This document shows, piece by piece, positions 9,757 through 19,607 of a DNA stretch of 64,000 nucleotides; the stretch's first letter is position 1; the number at the start of each line of letters is the position of its first letter. The stretch is from Gemmatimonadota bacterium (lineage in GTDB: Bacteria; Gemmatimonadota; Gemmatimonadetes; Palauibacterales; Palauibacteraceae), in assembly GCA_963666735.1 (NCBI GenBank), contig OY762926.1, forward strand, positions 3,483,324 through 3,547,323. The letters are read 5' to 3'. Under the pieces are notes generated by a model. It had not been told where the DNA came from, did no database searches, and saw only the letters and a program-made list of their open reading frames with translations. The position numbers and the translations under genes were made by a program.

Positions 9757-11595
9757 ATGAACCCGGGCCGGAGCGGCGGGGGCGCCTCCCCGTATCGGCG
9801 GCTGCTCCGGTTCCTGCGCCCCTATCGCTGGACCTTCCTCGCGAGCCTCGCGCTCGGCGTGCTCGCGGCCGGACTCGAGGCGTTCAGCCTCCTCCTGCTC
9901 ATCCCGTTCCTCCGTTCGCTCTTCGGGATCGGACCTCCCCTGCCCGGCGGCGGACGCAACGCGGCGGAGCGTTTCCTCGATGGGATCGCCGGGGGGTGGC
10001 TCGGTCCGGAGGCGGGGCTGGACGGATTGCGGGCCGTGTGCGTGCTGGTGCTGGCGGCGCTCCTCCTCAAGAACCTCTGCATCATCGGGGGGCGGGCGCT
10101 CTCGATCCGCACGCAGGAGTTCCTCGTTCGCGACGTGCGCAATGCCGTGCACGCCCACCTGCAGCGCCTGCCGCTCGCCTTCTTCGAGCGCGGAAAGGCG
10201 GGACAGTTGATCGCGCGAGTGATCGCGGATGCGGGCGAGGCGAAGCCCGTCGTGACCGACGCGCTCGCGCAGGCGGTGCGCCAGGGGGCGACTCTCGCGG
10301 CCTATGCGGTGGCCCTGCTCGCTCTCTCGTGGAGGCTGGCGCTGATCGCCGCCATCCTGGTGCCGCTCGTGTGGCTCGGCCTGCGGCCGCTGCTCGGCCG
10401 GTTGCGCGAGAAGTTCCGCCGCACCTGGGATGACCACGGCGAACTCGTGGCGGCGCTGGGGGAATCGCTGGGCGCGGTGCGGGTTGTGAAGTCGAGGGTC
10501 GCCGAGGACTTCGAGATGAAGCGCTTTCGGCGCCGTTCGGACGCGTTCAGCCGCAAGCGGATCGCGGCGGCCACGACCCGACACCTCGCCTCGCCCCTTT
10601 CCGAAGTGCTCGCGTCCGTCGTCGCGCTCGGACTCGTCTGGATCGGGGCGTCGTTCGTGGGGAGTAGCGGGTCGATCGCGCCCGAACAGTTCGTCGCCTT
10701 CGTGACCATCGCGCTCCGCGCCGTCTCGCCGGTGAAGGGGCTCGCGCAGTACCCGGCCATCGCCGCGCAGGGGCTCGCCGCCGCCGACCGTTTCTTCGAG
10801 ATCCTCGACCAGGATCCGGAACCGGCCGGAGGGTCGCGGATCGCGGCGGGCCCCGAACGGGAGATCCGCTACGAGGGCGTCAGCTTCGCCTACGAGCCGG
10901 GGCGGGCCGCGCTGCGAGGCATCGATCTCGCCATCCCGCGCGGATCCGTCGTCGCGATCGTCGGGGGGTCGGGGAGCGGGAAGTCGACGCTGGTCGACCT
11001 GCTGCCCAGGTTCGCGGATCCGCAGGCGGGACGGGTCACGATCGATGGGACGGACATCCGGGAGTTCTCGATGGACTCCCTCCGCCGGCTCACCGGTCTC
11101 GTGGGGCAGGAGGCGGTGCTCTTCCACGACACGGTGGCGGCGAACATCGCCTATGGGGAGGCCGCGCCGGACCCGGCGGCGGTCGAAGCGGCGGCGCGGG
11201 CGGGCGGAGCGCACGGCTTCATCGCGGGACTGCCCGGCGGCTACGACACCGTGCTCGGCGACCGCGGCGTGCGTCTTTCGACGGGCCAGCGTCAGCGCAT
11301 CGGCATCGCGCGGGCCATCTTCCGCGATCCCCCCATCCTCATCCTGGACGAAGCCACGTCGGCCGTGGATGCCGAAACGGAGACGGCGCTCAGGGCGGCG
11401 GCGGCGGAGGGCTTTCGCGGCCGCACGGTGATCGTGGTCGCCCACCGGCTCTCGACCGTGCGCGAGGCCGACCGGATCTTCGTCCTCGAGCGCGGGCGAC
11501 TTGTGGACGCCGGCCGCCATGACGCGCTCGTCGCTCGCGGCGGGCCGTACCGCCGGCTCTTCGGCCACCAGCTCGAACGCGTCCCGCAACCGTGA
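9757..11595 (+). CDS. msbA: ABC transporter, fused permease/ATPase, MsbA-like lipid A/LPS flippase
   Basis: Six-TM N-terminal half, Walker A GGSGSGKST, signature LSTGQRQRIGIARA, and Walker B ILILDEATSAVD. It sits inside the LPS operon. Confidence 0.8.
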   Translation: MNPGRSGGGASPYRRLLRFLRPYRWTFLASLALGVLAAGLEAFSLLLLIPFLRSLFGIGPPLPGGGRNAAERFLDGIAGGWLGPEAGLDGLRAVCVLVLAALLLKNLCIIGGRALSIRTQEFLVRDVRNAVHAHLQRLPLAFFERGKAGQLIARVIADAGEAKPVVTDALAQAVRQGATLAAYAVALLALSWRLALIAAILVPLVWLGLRPLLGRLREKFRRTWDDHGELVAALGESLGAVRVVKSRVAEDFEMKRFRRRSDAFSRKRIAAATTRHLASPLSEVLASVVALGLVWIGASFVGSSGSIAPEQFVAFVTIALRAVSPVKGLAQYPAIAAQGLAAADRFFEILDQDPEPAGGSRIAAGPEREIRYEGVSFAYEPGRAALRGIDLAIPRGSVVAIVGGSGSGKSTLVDLLPRFADPQAGRVTIDGTDIREFSMDSLRRLTGLVGQEAVLFHDTVAANIAYGEAAPDPAAVEAAARAGGAHGFIAGLPGGYDTVLGDRGVRLSTGQRQRIGIARAIFRDPPILILDEATSAVDAETETALRAAAAEGFRGRTVIVVAHRLSTVREADRIFVLERGRLVDAGRHDALVARGGPYRRLFGHQLERVPQP

Positions 11596-12527
11596 AGGAG
11601 CGCGCGCGGCAGGCCGGTCGGCGTGGGCGTGGCGGCGGCCCACCGCTTGCGGACGCGCTCGTGGACGGCGGCGTGGCCGGCCTGCATCTCGGACTGCGCG
11701 CCGCGCCGGACCCGGTGGCGCTCGGGACCGGCCGGGCGCTCGGAGCGCTGTGTCGCGACCCTCTCCGCGTCCGTCGCCGCGTGGTCGACGCCCAACTCGC
11801 CGCAAGTTTCCCGGCTGCCACACCGCGCTGGGTGCGCGACACGGCTCGCGCCTGCTACCGCCACTTCGGCCAGGAGGCCGCGCTCCTCATGGGCGGTGCG
11901 CCCCGGATCGAGCGGATGCTGCCTCGCGTCGCCGACGAGGCCGGGCTGGGCCCGCGCCTGCACGCGGCGACCGCGGAGCGGGACGGCGCCGTGGTCGTCT
12001 CCGGGCACCTCGGCAACTGGGAGCTCGGAGGGGCGGCCGTGCGGGCGCTCGGAGTGCGCGTGACGGCGGTCGTGCAGCGTCAGCGAGGCGCCTTCGGCCG
12101 TCGGCTGGGCGAGTTGCGCTCGCGGCTGGGACTGGACGTGCTCGACCGCGACGCGGCGGCGCGGCCGGCGCTCGACGCGCTCCGCTCGGGCCGGGTTCTC
12201 GCCCTCGTGGCCGATCAGCACACCCGGCGGGCCAGCGCCCCGGTCGACTTTCTGGGTCGCCCCGCCTGGACATCGCTCGCCCCGGCGCGTTTGTGTCTCG
12301 CGGCCGATGTCCCTCTCTTCTTCGCGGCTCTGGTTCGAGACCCATCGGGGTACAGGATCGTCCATGAAGAGATCGACGGCGGCCGGTCCGGCGCCGCCGG
12401 GGATCCGGTCGAGCTCACAAAGGGGTGGGTTCGGGTGTTGGAGAGGGAGGTCGAACGGCGGCCGGAGCAGTATTTCTGGTTCCACCGGCGCTGGAAGCGG
12501 GTGGCGCAACGCGGAGAGGGCGCGTGA
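11592..12527 (+). CDS. Lipid A biosynthesis late acyltransferase (LpxL/HtrB family)
   Basis: Acyltransferase HX4D/E-type motif SGHLGNWELGG. The GTG start overlaps the msbA stop (GTGA). Confidence 0.75.
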   Translation: MKERARQAGRRGRGGGPPLADALVDGGVAGLHLGLRAAPDPVALGTGRALGALCRDPLRVRRRVVDAQLAASFPAATPRWVRDTARACYRHFGQEAALLMGGAPRIERMLPRVADEAGLGPRLHAATAERDGAVVVSGHLGNWELGGAAVRALGVRVTAVVQRQRGAFGRRLGELRSRLGLDVLDRDAAARPALDALRSGRVLALVADQHTRRASAPVDFLGRPAWTSLAPARLCLAADVPLFFAALVRDPSGYRIVHEEIDGGRSGAAGDPVELTKGWVRVLEREVERRPEQYFWFHRRWKRVAQRGEGA

Positions 12528-13273
12528 TTCACATCGGGATTCCGGTTCACAACGAACGCGATACCATCGGCCCGCTGCTGTGGCGGATCCGCGAACTGCT
12601 CTACGGCGAGCGGCGGCAGTTTCACGTGCTCGTGTGCGATGACGCCTCGGACGACGGGACGGGCGAGGCGCTCGACCGATATCCGCGGGTGCTTCCGCTG
12701 ACCGTGCTCCGCAACGAGGAGCGGCAGGGCTACGCCGCGAGCCTCGACCGGCTGATCGGGGCGACGCTGCACCGCTCGGGTTATCCGCGCCGCGACGCGT
12801 TCGTCTCCATGCAGGGCGATTTCTCCGATCCGCCCGAGCGCTTGCCGGAGATGCTTCGCCGCTTCGAGGGCGGCGCAGATCTCGTCACGGTCGCGCGTGG
12901 TGATTCGGAACCCTTCACCCGCCGTCTGACCCGGGCCGGGGGCCGGCTCTGTGCCCGTCATCTGCTGTCGGCTCCAGCCGTGACGGACCCCTACGCTTCT
13001 CTTCGGTTATATAGGTTGTTCGCTCTGGAACGCGCCGTCGCCGCCGGCGATGGGCAGCTGTTGCAGTATGAGGGTTGGGCCGCCAACGCCGCGCTGCTCC
13101 TGCAGGTGTGGCCGTTTGTACGAAGATTCGAGGAGATTCCGCATGATCCGCACTCCCTCCGCCGATACCGTGACGCCCGTTTCCGGGCCGGCGAGCAACT
13201 CCGGCAGCTGTTCGCCGCCGGCCGGGACCGCGCGCTGCGCGAGATCGGCCGGCAGATCGCCGCAGCGGCCTGA
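12524..13273 (+). CDS. Glycosyltransferase family 2
   Basis: A GTG at 12524 overlaps the preceding stop. The protein reads VIHIGIPVHNERDTIGPLL...VLVCDDASDDGT (GT2 DxD region). Confidence 0.75.
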   Translation: MIHIGIPVHNERDTIGPLLWRIRELLYGERRQFHVLVCDDASDDGTGEALDRYPRVLPLTVLRNEERQGYAASLDRLIGATLHRSGYPRRDAFVSMQGDFSDPPERLPEMLRRFEGGADLVTVARGDSEPFTRRLTRAGGRLCARHLLSAPAVTDPYASLRLYRLFALERAVAAGDGQLLQYEGWAANAALLLQVWPFVRRFEEIPHDPHSLRRYRDARFRAGEQLRQLFAAGRDRALREIGRQIAAAA

Positions 13274-13274
13274 C

Positions 13275-14114
13275 ATGCGGAGACGAAACCTCCGTCGCGG
13301 CGCCTTGGCGTGCCTGGCGCTCCTGGCCGCTTCGATTCCGGGTACATCCGACCTCGCCGGGCAGGGTAGCGCGGGCGAGGTGGCCGATGACTTCTTCTCC
13401 GAGAGCTGGCCGTTCGAGATCGGGGAGACCTCCGAGTACGCCGTGCTGTTCGGGCCGGTGAACTTCGGGCGCATGCACCTCCGGGTCGAAGCGCAGGATA
13501 CGATCCGCGGCACGCCGGCCTACCGGCTCTCGATGGAGATGAAGGGGGGCGTCCCCTTCTACAGGATGGATGACCGCACGGTGAGTTGGCTTGCCCCCGA
13601 TCCCTACCGGTCGCTCCGCTTCGAAGAGAATCTGCGGCAGGGGGGATACCGCAGGCAGCGCCGCTGGGAGCTGGATCACGAGGCTCTCGCCGCCACGAGA
13701 CAGGACTGGAACGAGGAGGCGGAGGCCTATCTTCCGCACCGCCGGCAGCGGGATCTTCCAATGCCCCCGGGCGCGCTCGACGAGATCTCCTACCTCTACC
13801 TGATCCGGACTCTTCCGCTGGAGGTCGGCCGAACGTACGAGTTCGACCGCTACTTCGAGGAGGACGGCAATCCCGTCGTCGTCGAGGTTCTCCGCCGCGA
13901 GCGCGTGCGCGTGCCGGCGGGGACGTTCGACACGATCGTCCTGCGTCCGACCATTCAGACCGATGGCCTGTTCGGAGAGGAGGGGCAGGCCGAGGTCTTC
14001 ATCTCGGACGATGATCGTCGCCTCATCGTGCAGATCAGGAGCCGCATGAAGATCGGCGGGGTCGACATGTATCTTCGCGGCTTCGAGCAGAACGAGGCGG
14101 AGACCGGTCGCTGA
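13275..14114 (+). CDS. DUF3108-like secreted protein
   Basis: The ATG at 13275 lies 1 nt after the GT2 stop. There is a signal peptide (LACLALLAASIPG), and the pattern GETSEYAVLFGPVNFGRMHLRV...YEFDRYFEEDG...VRVPAGTFDTIVL matches my recollection of the DUF3108 fold family. Confidence 0.6.
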   Translation: MRRRNLRRGALACLALLAASIPGTSDLAGQGSAGEVADDFFSESWPFEIGETSEYAVLFGPVNFGRMHLRVEAQDTIRGTPAYRLSMEMKGGVPFYRMDDRTVSWLAPDPYRSLRFEENLRQGGYRRQRRWELDHEALAATRQDWNEEAEAYLPHRRQRDLPMPPGALDEISYLYLIRTLPLEVGRTYEFDRYFEEDGNPVVVEVLRRERVRVPAGTFDTIVLRPTIQTDGLFGEEGQAEVFISDDDRRLIVQIRSRMKIGGVDMYLRGFEQNEAETGR

Positions 14115-14230
14115 CATCCGGACCCGGGCGGGCGGAGAGCGCCGCTGCGGTGCGGTACTCCCTTTTTGCCGTGGTGCGTCCTAGGTTAGTCTTGAGGCCT
14201 GTACAGAGACGACGACCACCAGGAGGTGCC

Positions 14231-14494
14231 TTGAGCAAAGGAAATCATGTGCCGAATTCAACCGACCGGGCCCGCGACGAGTTGTTCAGCCACATCCGCC
14301 GCTGTGGCGTGCTCGACGCGGAAGATGAGCAGCGGCAAGAGTGGTTCGACGATACGATCCAGTACCTCGGAGAGCGGTATCCGGAGTTGACGCCGGGTGA
14401 GCTGTCCGTCCTGCGCACCATCGGAGAGCGGTACTGTGCCCCGGCGATCCCGCACGGAGGCGCGGCCCGGCAGTCAAAGCAGGAAGCCCACTAG
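14231..14494 (+). CDS. Hypothetical small protein
   Basis: A TTG at 14231 is preceded by AGGAGG (14221-14226). The frame has G/C-rich third positions and no recognisable motif. Confidence 0.45.
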   Translation: MSKGNHVPNSTDRARDELFSHIRRCGVLDAEDEQRQEWFDDTIQYLGERYPELTPGELSVLRTIGERYCAPAIPHGGAARQSKQEAH

Positions 14495-14592
14495 CAGCCC
14501 GATCGAGGACCACCGGCGAGGTAACGTAGCCTGAACGAACCCCCGCCCCCGGACAGACCGGGAGCCACACCATCCGCTAGTCGGACCGCCGA

Positions 14593-15951
14593 ATGGACCT
14601 CGGACTCGTTCTGAGGCTCGGCGCGGTCCTCGCGCTCGTAGCGGCGAACGCCTTCTTCGTCGCGGCGGAGTTTGCGCTCGTCAGCGCGCGACGCACCCGC
14701 ATAGACGAACTGGCCGATGGCGGTGACCGTCTGGCCCGGGTTGTCCGCAGGGCGCAGGGCAATCTCGACCGCGCCATCTCGGGTACCCAGCTCGGGATCA
14801 CCCTCGCGTCCCTCGGCCTGGGCTGGATCGGCGAGCCGGCGGTCGCCCGGACGATCGAGCCTCTGTTCGGCACGCTGGGCTTCGCCGCGGGGCCGGCGGC
14901 ACTCCACACGACGGCCATCGTCGTCGCCTTCATCCTCATCACCTACCTCCACATCGTACTCGGCGAACTCGCTCCGAAGACCGTCGCGCTCCTGCGTCCG
15001 GAGACGGTGAGTCGTTACCTCGCCGGTCCTCTCCTCGCCTTCAACCGCGTGGCGACGCCCGCGATCTGGCTGCTCGACGGCTCGGCCCGGCTGTTCCTGC
15101 GGCTGATCCGCGCCCCCGTTGGCGATACGCACGGCGTCGAACATGCCCACAGTCCGGACGAGATCGAGGTGCTCGTCCGGCAGAGCCTGCGCGAAGGAGT
15201 GGTGGAGAAGGACGAGCAGGCGATGATCGAGGGCGTGTTCGATCTCACGCATACCGTGGTCCGGGAGGTGATGACGCCCCGGCCGGACATCGTCGCCGTA
15301 GGGGCCGGGGATCCGGCCAAGGTCATCCTGGAGGTCGCGGCGGAGTCGGGGTATTCGCGCCTCCCGGTCACGGAAGATTCGCTGGACGACATCGTCGGCA
15401 TCATCGTCGTGAAGGATCTGCTCGCGGAAATCCTCGCAGCGCGTCCAACGGGACTCGTGGCGCGGGACGTGATGCGCGAGGCGCTCTTCGTCCCCGAATC
15501 GAAGGCGGTCGACGACCTGTTGGCGGAAATGCGGGCTCGGAAGACCCATATGGCCGTCGTGGTCGACGAGTTCGGCGGCACGGACGGCATCGCCACGCTG
15601 GAGGATCTCCTCGAGGAGATCGTCGGCGAAATCTACGACGAGCATGACGAGGCGGAGGCGGGGCTGGAGGTCGGCCCCGATGGGTCGGTCGGACTCGATG
15701 GAGGCGTCTCGTTCGCGGATCTGCTCTCGGGCCTGGACCTCGATGACCTGGAGGAAGACGAGGAGTACGACACCGTGGCAGGCTACGTGATCGGCACGCT
15801 GGGCCGAATCCCGGAGCCGGGCGACCGGGTCCCGCTGGGAGATGCGCGGTTGGAAGTCGCGGAGCTGATCGAACGGCGAATCACACGGCTCACCCTGCAC
15901 GGTGTGGACGATGAGACGGTAGTGAGGTTGTGCGAAGCGCTCGAATCGTGA
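14593..15951 (+). CDS. CNNM/DUF21-CBS-CorC_HlyC family transporter-associated protein (TlyC/hemolysin-like)
   Basis: DUF21 N-terminus (AANAFFVAAEFALVSARRTRI), a CBS pair, and a C-terminal CorC/HlyC domain. Confidence 0.85.
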   Translation: MDLGLVLRLGAVLALVAANAFFVAAEFALVSARRTRIDELADGGDRLARVVRRAQGNLDRAISGTQLGITLASLGLGWIGEPAVARTIEPLFGTLGFAAGPAALHTTAIVVAFILITYLHIVLGELAPKTVALLRPETVSRYLAGPLLAFNRVATPAIWLLDGSARLFLRLIRAPVGDTHGVEHAHSPDEIEVLVRQSLREGVVEKDEQAMIEGVFDLTHTVVREVMTPRPDIVAVGAGDPAKVILEVAAESGYSRLPVTEDSLDDIVGIIVVKDLLAEILAARPTGLVARDVMREALFVPESKAVDDLLAEMRARKTHMAVVVDEFGGTDGIATLEDLLEEIVGEIYDEHDEAEAGLEVGPDGSVGLDGGVSFADLLSGLDLDDLEEDEEYDTVAGYVIGTLGRIPEPGDRVPLGDARLEVAELIERRITRLTLHGVDDETVVRLCEALES

Positions 15952-16090
15952 ACGCATCCGATCTCCCCGGCGGCTCCGAACTTGCTGGCGTGGGCATCGC
16001 GCCCGAAGTTGTGGAAGCGTCCTTCAACGAAAGGCTCCGCTCTGGCTGGCCGAACATGGTCGGAAAGGTTGTTGACTTGAGGTTCCGGAC

Positions 16091-17188
16091 TTGAACCTCT
16101 CCGACCCCTGGAACTACGAGCAGTTCGATGCCGAAGCGCAACGGCTGTACGAAGCCGGCGACTTCGATCAGGCGCTTGGCCTCCTCAAGGAGGCCCTCAC
16201 CCGTTATCCCGACTCGGCGGAACTCCTCGTCTCACTCGGCTATACGCGTCTGGCCCGAGAGGAGTATGCCTGGGCGCGCGCCGCCTTCGCCGGGGTCCTC
16301 AGGCTCGATCCGGAACACGAAGAGGCGCTGGCCGGCCTCGGAGACGTCCTGCTGAAGCTGGGGGACCGCGCGGCGGCCTTCCAGATCTTTGAAGGCCTCA
16401 TCGCCATGGGGTACGATCAGGACGTGGAACTCATGCTCTGCGTGGGACGCAGCCTGCTGCGCGAGGGTCTCCTGCGCCGGGCGGAGCGGTACTTTCGGCT
16501 CGCCCTCGCGGCCGACCGCGAGAGCCCCGATGCGGCGCTGGATCTTGCCTTCACCTTCTACCGGGACGGCGACACCGAAGGGGCGCTGTTCTGGAGCCGC
16601 GAGGCGGTGCGGCTGGATCCTCGCTTCGCGGAAGCCCGCGCCCTCTACGGCAACGTGCTCTACGAACGCGGCGATTTTCGCGGGGCGCTCACGCAGCTCG
16701 CGATGATTCCGGTGACGGATCTGGCGGACCCGATCGTCGCGTGGCGGGTCGTCGACCTCAAGCGGCGACTCGAAGACCTCCCCGCGGACGCCGGGGAGTT
16801 GCAGCCCTACCTGCTGGCGCTGGAGGAACTGGCGCCGGAACCGAGTCCGGAGGACCGCCTGCTGGCCGAGGTCGAAGCCCGGGCGAACGGATTGACGGCC
16901 GGACCGGGAACGGGCCAGCTCGACCTGTTCGGTCGTCCGCCCGACGCGCCGGCGGTGGAGGTACACCGCGTGCGGGCCCCGAACGGCGTGGTGTACGAAG
17001 GAGATTGGGATGGGATCGTGCGGGCCATGCGCAACGGATCCGAGGAGCCCGGCGTCTCGCTGGCGGACTTCATGCGCAACGAGGCGATGCGGCTCCAGGC
17101 GCTGACGGGCATCGCCGTGTCCTGGCAGACGGCGCGCGCCTTCCTGGAGGACTCGGCGCGGGTCGGCGCGCTCGAAATCGAACGCTAG
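16091..17188 (+). CDS. TPR-repeat protein with an uncharacterised C-terminal domain
   Basis: Repeated TPR-like helices (AQRLYEAGDFDQALGLLKEAL; ALYGNVLYERGDFRGAL). TTG start. Confidence 0.7.
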   Translation: MNLSDPWNYEQFDAEAQRLYEAGDFDQALGLLKEALTRYPDSAELLVSLGYTRLAREEYAWARAAFAGVLRLDPEHEEALAGLGDVLLKLGDRAAAFQIFEGLIAMGYDQDVELMLCVGRSLLREGLLRRAERYFRLALAADRESPDAALDLAFTFYRDGDTEGALFWSREAVRLDPRFAEARALYGNVLYERGDFRGALTQLAMIPVTDLADPIVAWRVVDLKRRLEDLPADAGELQPYLLALEELAPEPSPEDRLLAEVEARANGLTAGPGTGQLDLFGRPPDAPAVEVHRVRAPNGVVYEGDWDGIVRAMRNGSEEPGVSLADFMRNEAMRLQALTGIAVSWQTARAFLEDSARVGALEIER

Positions 17189-17201
17189 TCGCCGAGCCGA
17201 T

Positions 17202-18263
17202 GTGAAGGCCCCGCTGCGCATCGCCGCCATCGGCGGCGACGGGATCGGACCCGAAGTCACCCGCGAAGCGTGTCGCGTGCTTCGCGCTGTCGCCGCGAAG
17301 GGTCTCTCCGACCTCGAACTCACGCACTTTCCGCACGGCGCGGATCACTATCTCGCCACGGGCGAGACGCTGTCGCCGCGGACCTTCGAGTCTCTGAGGG
17401 ATGACTTCGACGCGATCCTCTTCGGCGCCGTGGGCGACCCGCGCGTGCCCGACGGACGTCACGCGCGCGACCTCCTCCTCGGATTGCGGGTGCGGCTGGA
17501 CCTGTTTCTCAATCGCCGCCCGCTTCGGCTGCGCGCGCCGGAACTGTCGCCGCTGAGATCGGCGGACTCGGCGCCCATGGACTTCGAGATCTTCCGGGAG
17601 AATACGGAGGGCCTGTATGTGGGCGTCGGGCGAGTCGAGCATGAGGGCACGCCGGACGAGGTCGCGGTGTCGGAGGCGGTCGCGAGCCGCTTCGGGGTCG
17701 AGCGGATCGTGCGGCGGGCGTTCGAGCACGCCGCTCCCCGGGGGCTGCGCGTCACGCTCGCGGACAAGGCGAACGCGGTGCCGCACATGTTCGGGCTCTG
17801 GCGCCGCGTGTTCGCGGAGGTTGCCTCCGGATATCCGGGCGTGGAGTCGGAGATGCGTTATGTGGACGCGCTCGCCATGGAGATGGTCCGGACGCCGGAG
17901 CGGTTCGGCGTGATCGTCACCTCCAACCTGCTCGGCGACATTCTTTCCGACCTGGGGGCCGAAATCGTGGGGGGACCGGGGCTCGCGCCCTCCGCCAACG
18001 TGAACCCGGGCGTGCATGGACTGTACGAGCCCGTGCACGGCAGCGCGCCCGACATCGCCGGGACGGGACGGGCGAATCCGATGGCCGCGGTGCTCAGCGC
18101 CGCGCTCCTCCTGCGGGATCACGGGGCGGATGACGCGGCCGGGGCGGTCGAGGCGGCCGTGGATGCGGCGCTTGCCTCCGGCGTGCGGACGCCGGACGTG
18201 GGGGGAAGCGCGACCACGTCGGAGGTCGGAAGCTGGCTCGCGGAACGGGTGAGCGCAGCCTGA
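17202..18263 (+). CDS. Isocitrate/isopropylmalate dehydrogenase family enzyme (3-isopropylmalate- or tartrate-dehydrogenase-like)
   Basis: Motifs IGGDGIGPEV, NLLGDILSD and HGSAPDIAG. GTG start. Substrate specificity cannot be assigned by eye. Confidence 0.8.
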   Translation: MKAPLRIAAIGGDGIGPEVTREACRVLRAVAAKGLSDLELTHFPHGADHYLATGETLSPRTFESLRDDFDAILFGAVGDPRVPDGRHARDLLLGLRVRLDLFLNRRPLRLRAPELSPLRSADSAPMDFEIFRENTEGLYVGVGRVEHEGTPDEVAVSEAVASRFGVERIVRRAFEHAAPRGLRVTLADKANAVPHMFGLWRRVFAEVASGYPGVESEMRYVDALAMEMVRTPERFGVIVTSNLLGDILSDLGAEIVGGPGLAPSANVNPGVHGLYEPVHGSAPDIAGTGRANPMAAVLSAALLLRDHGADDAAGAVEAAVDAALASGVRTPDVGGSATTSEVGSWLAERVSAA

Positions 18264-18340
18264 TGCGTCCAGCTACCTTCCACGTGCCCGCCGGTCTTCG
18301 GGCTCCGCGCGCGGCCCCCGGGGGGTGTAGGCAAAGCCGC

Positions 18341-18362
18341 ATCGTACATGAATCGTACATGA
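18341..18362. repeat. Perfect tandem duplication of an 11-mer, ATCGTACATGA x2, upstream of the thiolase gene
   Basis: Read directly: a relatively AT-rich island 49 nt before the thiolase ATG. Confidence 0.7.
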
Positions 18363-18410
18363 CAGGGATCCGGTCGGATGACCGGCAAGCGATGGAAGGA
18401 CTCCGTGATA

Positions 18411-19607
18411 ATGAGTGACGGCAACGGAAACGGGACGGTGTTTCTCTCCGCGGCACGGACCGCCATGGGCGCGTTCGGCGGCAGCCTGAAGGACTACTCG
18501 GCGGTGGATCTGGGCGTCGTCGCCTCGGAAGCGGCGATCGAGCGCTCGGGCGCCGCGCCCGGCGACTTCGGGCACGTGGTGATGGGGAACGTGATGCAGA
18601 CGTCGGCCGATGCGATCTATCTCGCGCGGCATGTGGGACTGCGGGCGGGGCTGCCGGTCGAAACCCCGGCCGTCACCGTGAACCGCCTGTGCGGCTCGGG
18701 CTTTCAGGCCGTGATCGATGGCTCGCAGGAGATCGAACTCGGAGAAAGCGACGTCTGCCTCGTGGGCGGAGCCGAGTCCATGAGCCAGGCGCCGCATATC
18801 GTGCGCGGCGCCCGCTGGGGTCTGCGGCTGGGCCCGGCGCCCAAGTTCGAGGATTCGCTGTGGGAGGCCCTCACGGATCCCTACTGCGGCTTTTCGATGG
18901 CCCAGACGGCGGAGAATCTCGCGGAGGAATACGGTATCTCGCGCTCGGAGGCCGACGAGGTCGCGGCGCGCAGCCAGCGCCTGGCGGCCGAGGCCTGGGA
19001 AGGCGGCCGCTACGAGGACGAGGTCGTCCCGATGATGGTGGGAAGGAAGGGAAGGGAAACGTCCTTCGAGCGCGATGAGCACCTCCGTCCCGATTCGACG
19101 GTCGACGGGCTCGCGAGGCTCCGGCCGTACTTCAAGCAGGATGGCCTCGTCACCGCCGGCAACGCGAGCGGAATCGGAGATGGGGCGGCCGCGCTCGTGC
19201 TGGCGGGCAGGGACTATGCCGCCGCGCACGGCCTTGATCCGGCCGGCCGCCTCGTGTCCTACGCCGTGGCGGGCGTGCCGCCCCGCATCATGGGCATCGG
19301 ACCCGCCCCCGCCTCGCGCGCCGCCCTCGAGAAGGCCGGCCTCACCCTCGACGACATCGATCTCGTCGAAGTGAACGAGGCCTTCGCTCCGCAGTACCTG
19401 GCGGTCGAGCGCGAACTCGGTCTCGACCGCGACAAGGTGAACGTGGACGGCGGGGCGATCGCGCTGAGCCACCCGCTCGGCATGACGGGGGCGCGGATCA
19501 CGGGCCATCTTCTCCATGAACTACGGCGGCGGGGCGGCGGACTCGGGCTCGGAGCAGCCTGCATCGGTGGGGGACAGGGCGCGGCCGTGATCGTGGAGGT
19601 CGACTAG
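18411..19607 (+). CDS. Acetyl-CoA C-acetyltransferase (thiolase II)
   Basis: VNRLCGSG (active-site Cys), NEAFA, GGAIALSHPLGMTGAR and AACIGGGQG. I prefer the start at ATG 18411 (MSDGNGNGTVFLSAART). Confidence 0.9.
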   Translation: MSDGNGNGTVFLSAARTAMGAFGGSLKDYSAVDLGVVASEAAIERSGAAPGDFGHVVMGNVMQTSADAIYLARHVGLRAGLPVETPAVTVNRLCGSGFQAVIDGSQEIELGESDVCLVGGAESMSQAPHIVRGARWGLRLGPAPKFEDSLWEALTDPYCGFSMAQTAENLAEEYGISRSEADEVAARSQRLAAEAWEGGRYEDEVVPMMVGRKGRETSFERDEHLRPDSTVDGLARLRPYFKQDGLVTAGNASGIGDGAAALVLAGRDYAAAHGLDPAGRLVSYAVAGVPPRIMGIGPAPASRAALEKAGLTLDDIDLVEVNEAFAPQYLAVERELGLDRDKVNVDGGAIALSHPLGMTGARITGHLLHELRRRGGGLGLGAACIGGGQGAAVIVEVD

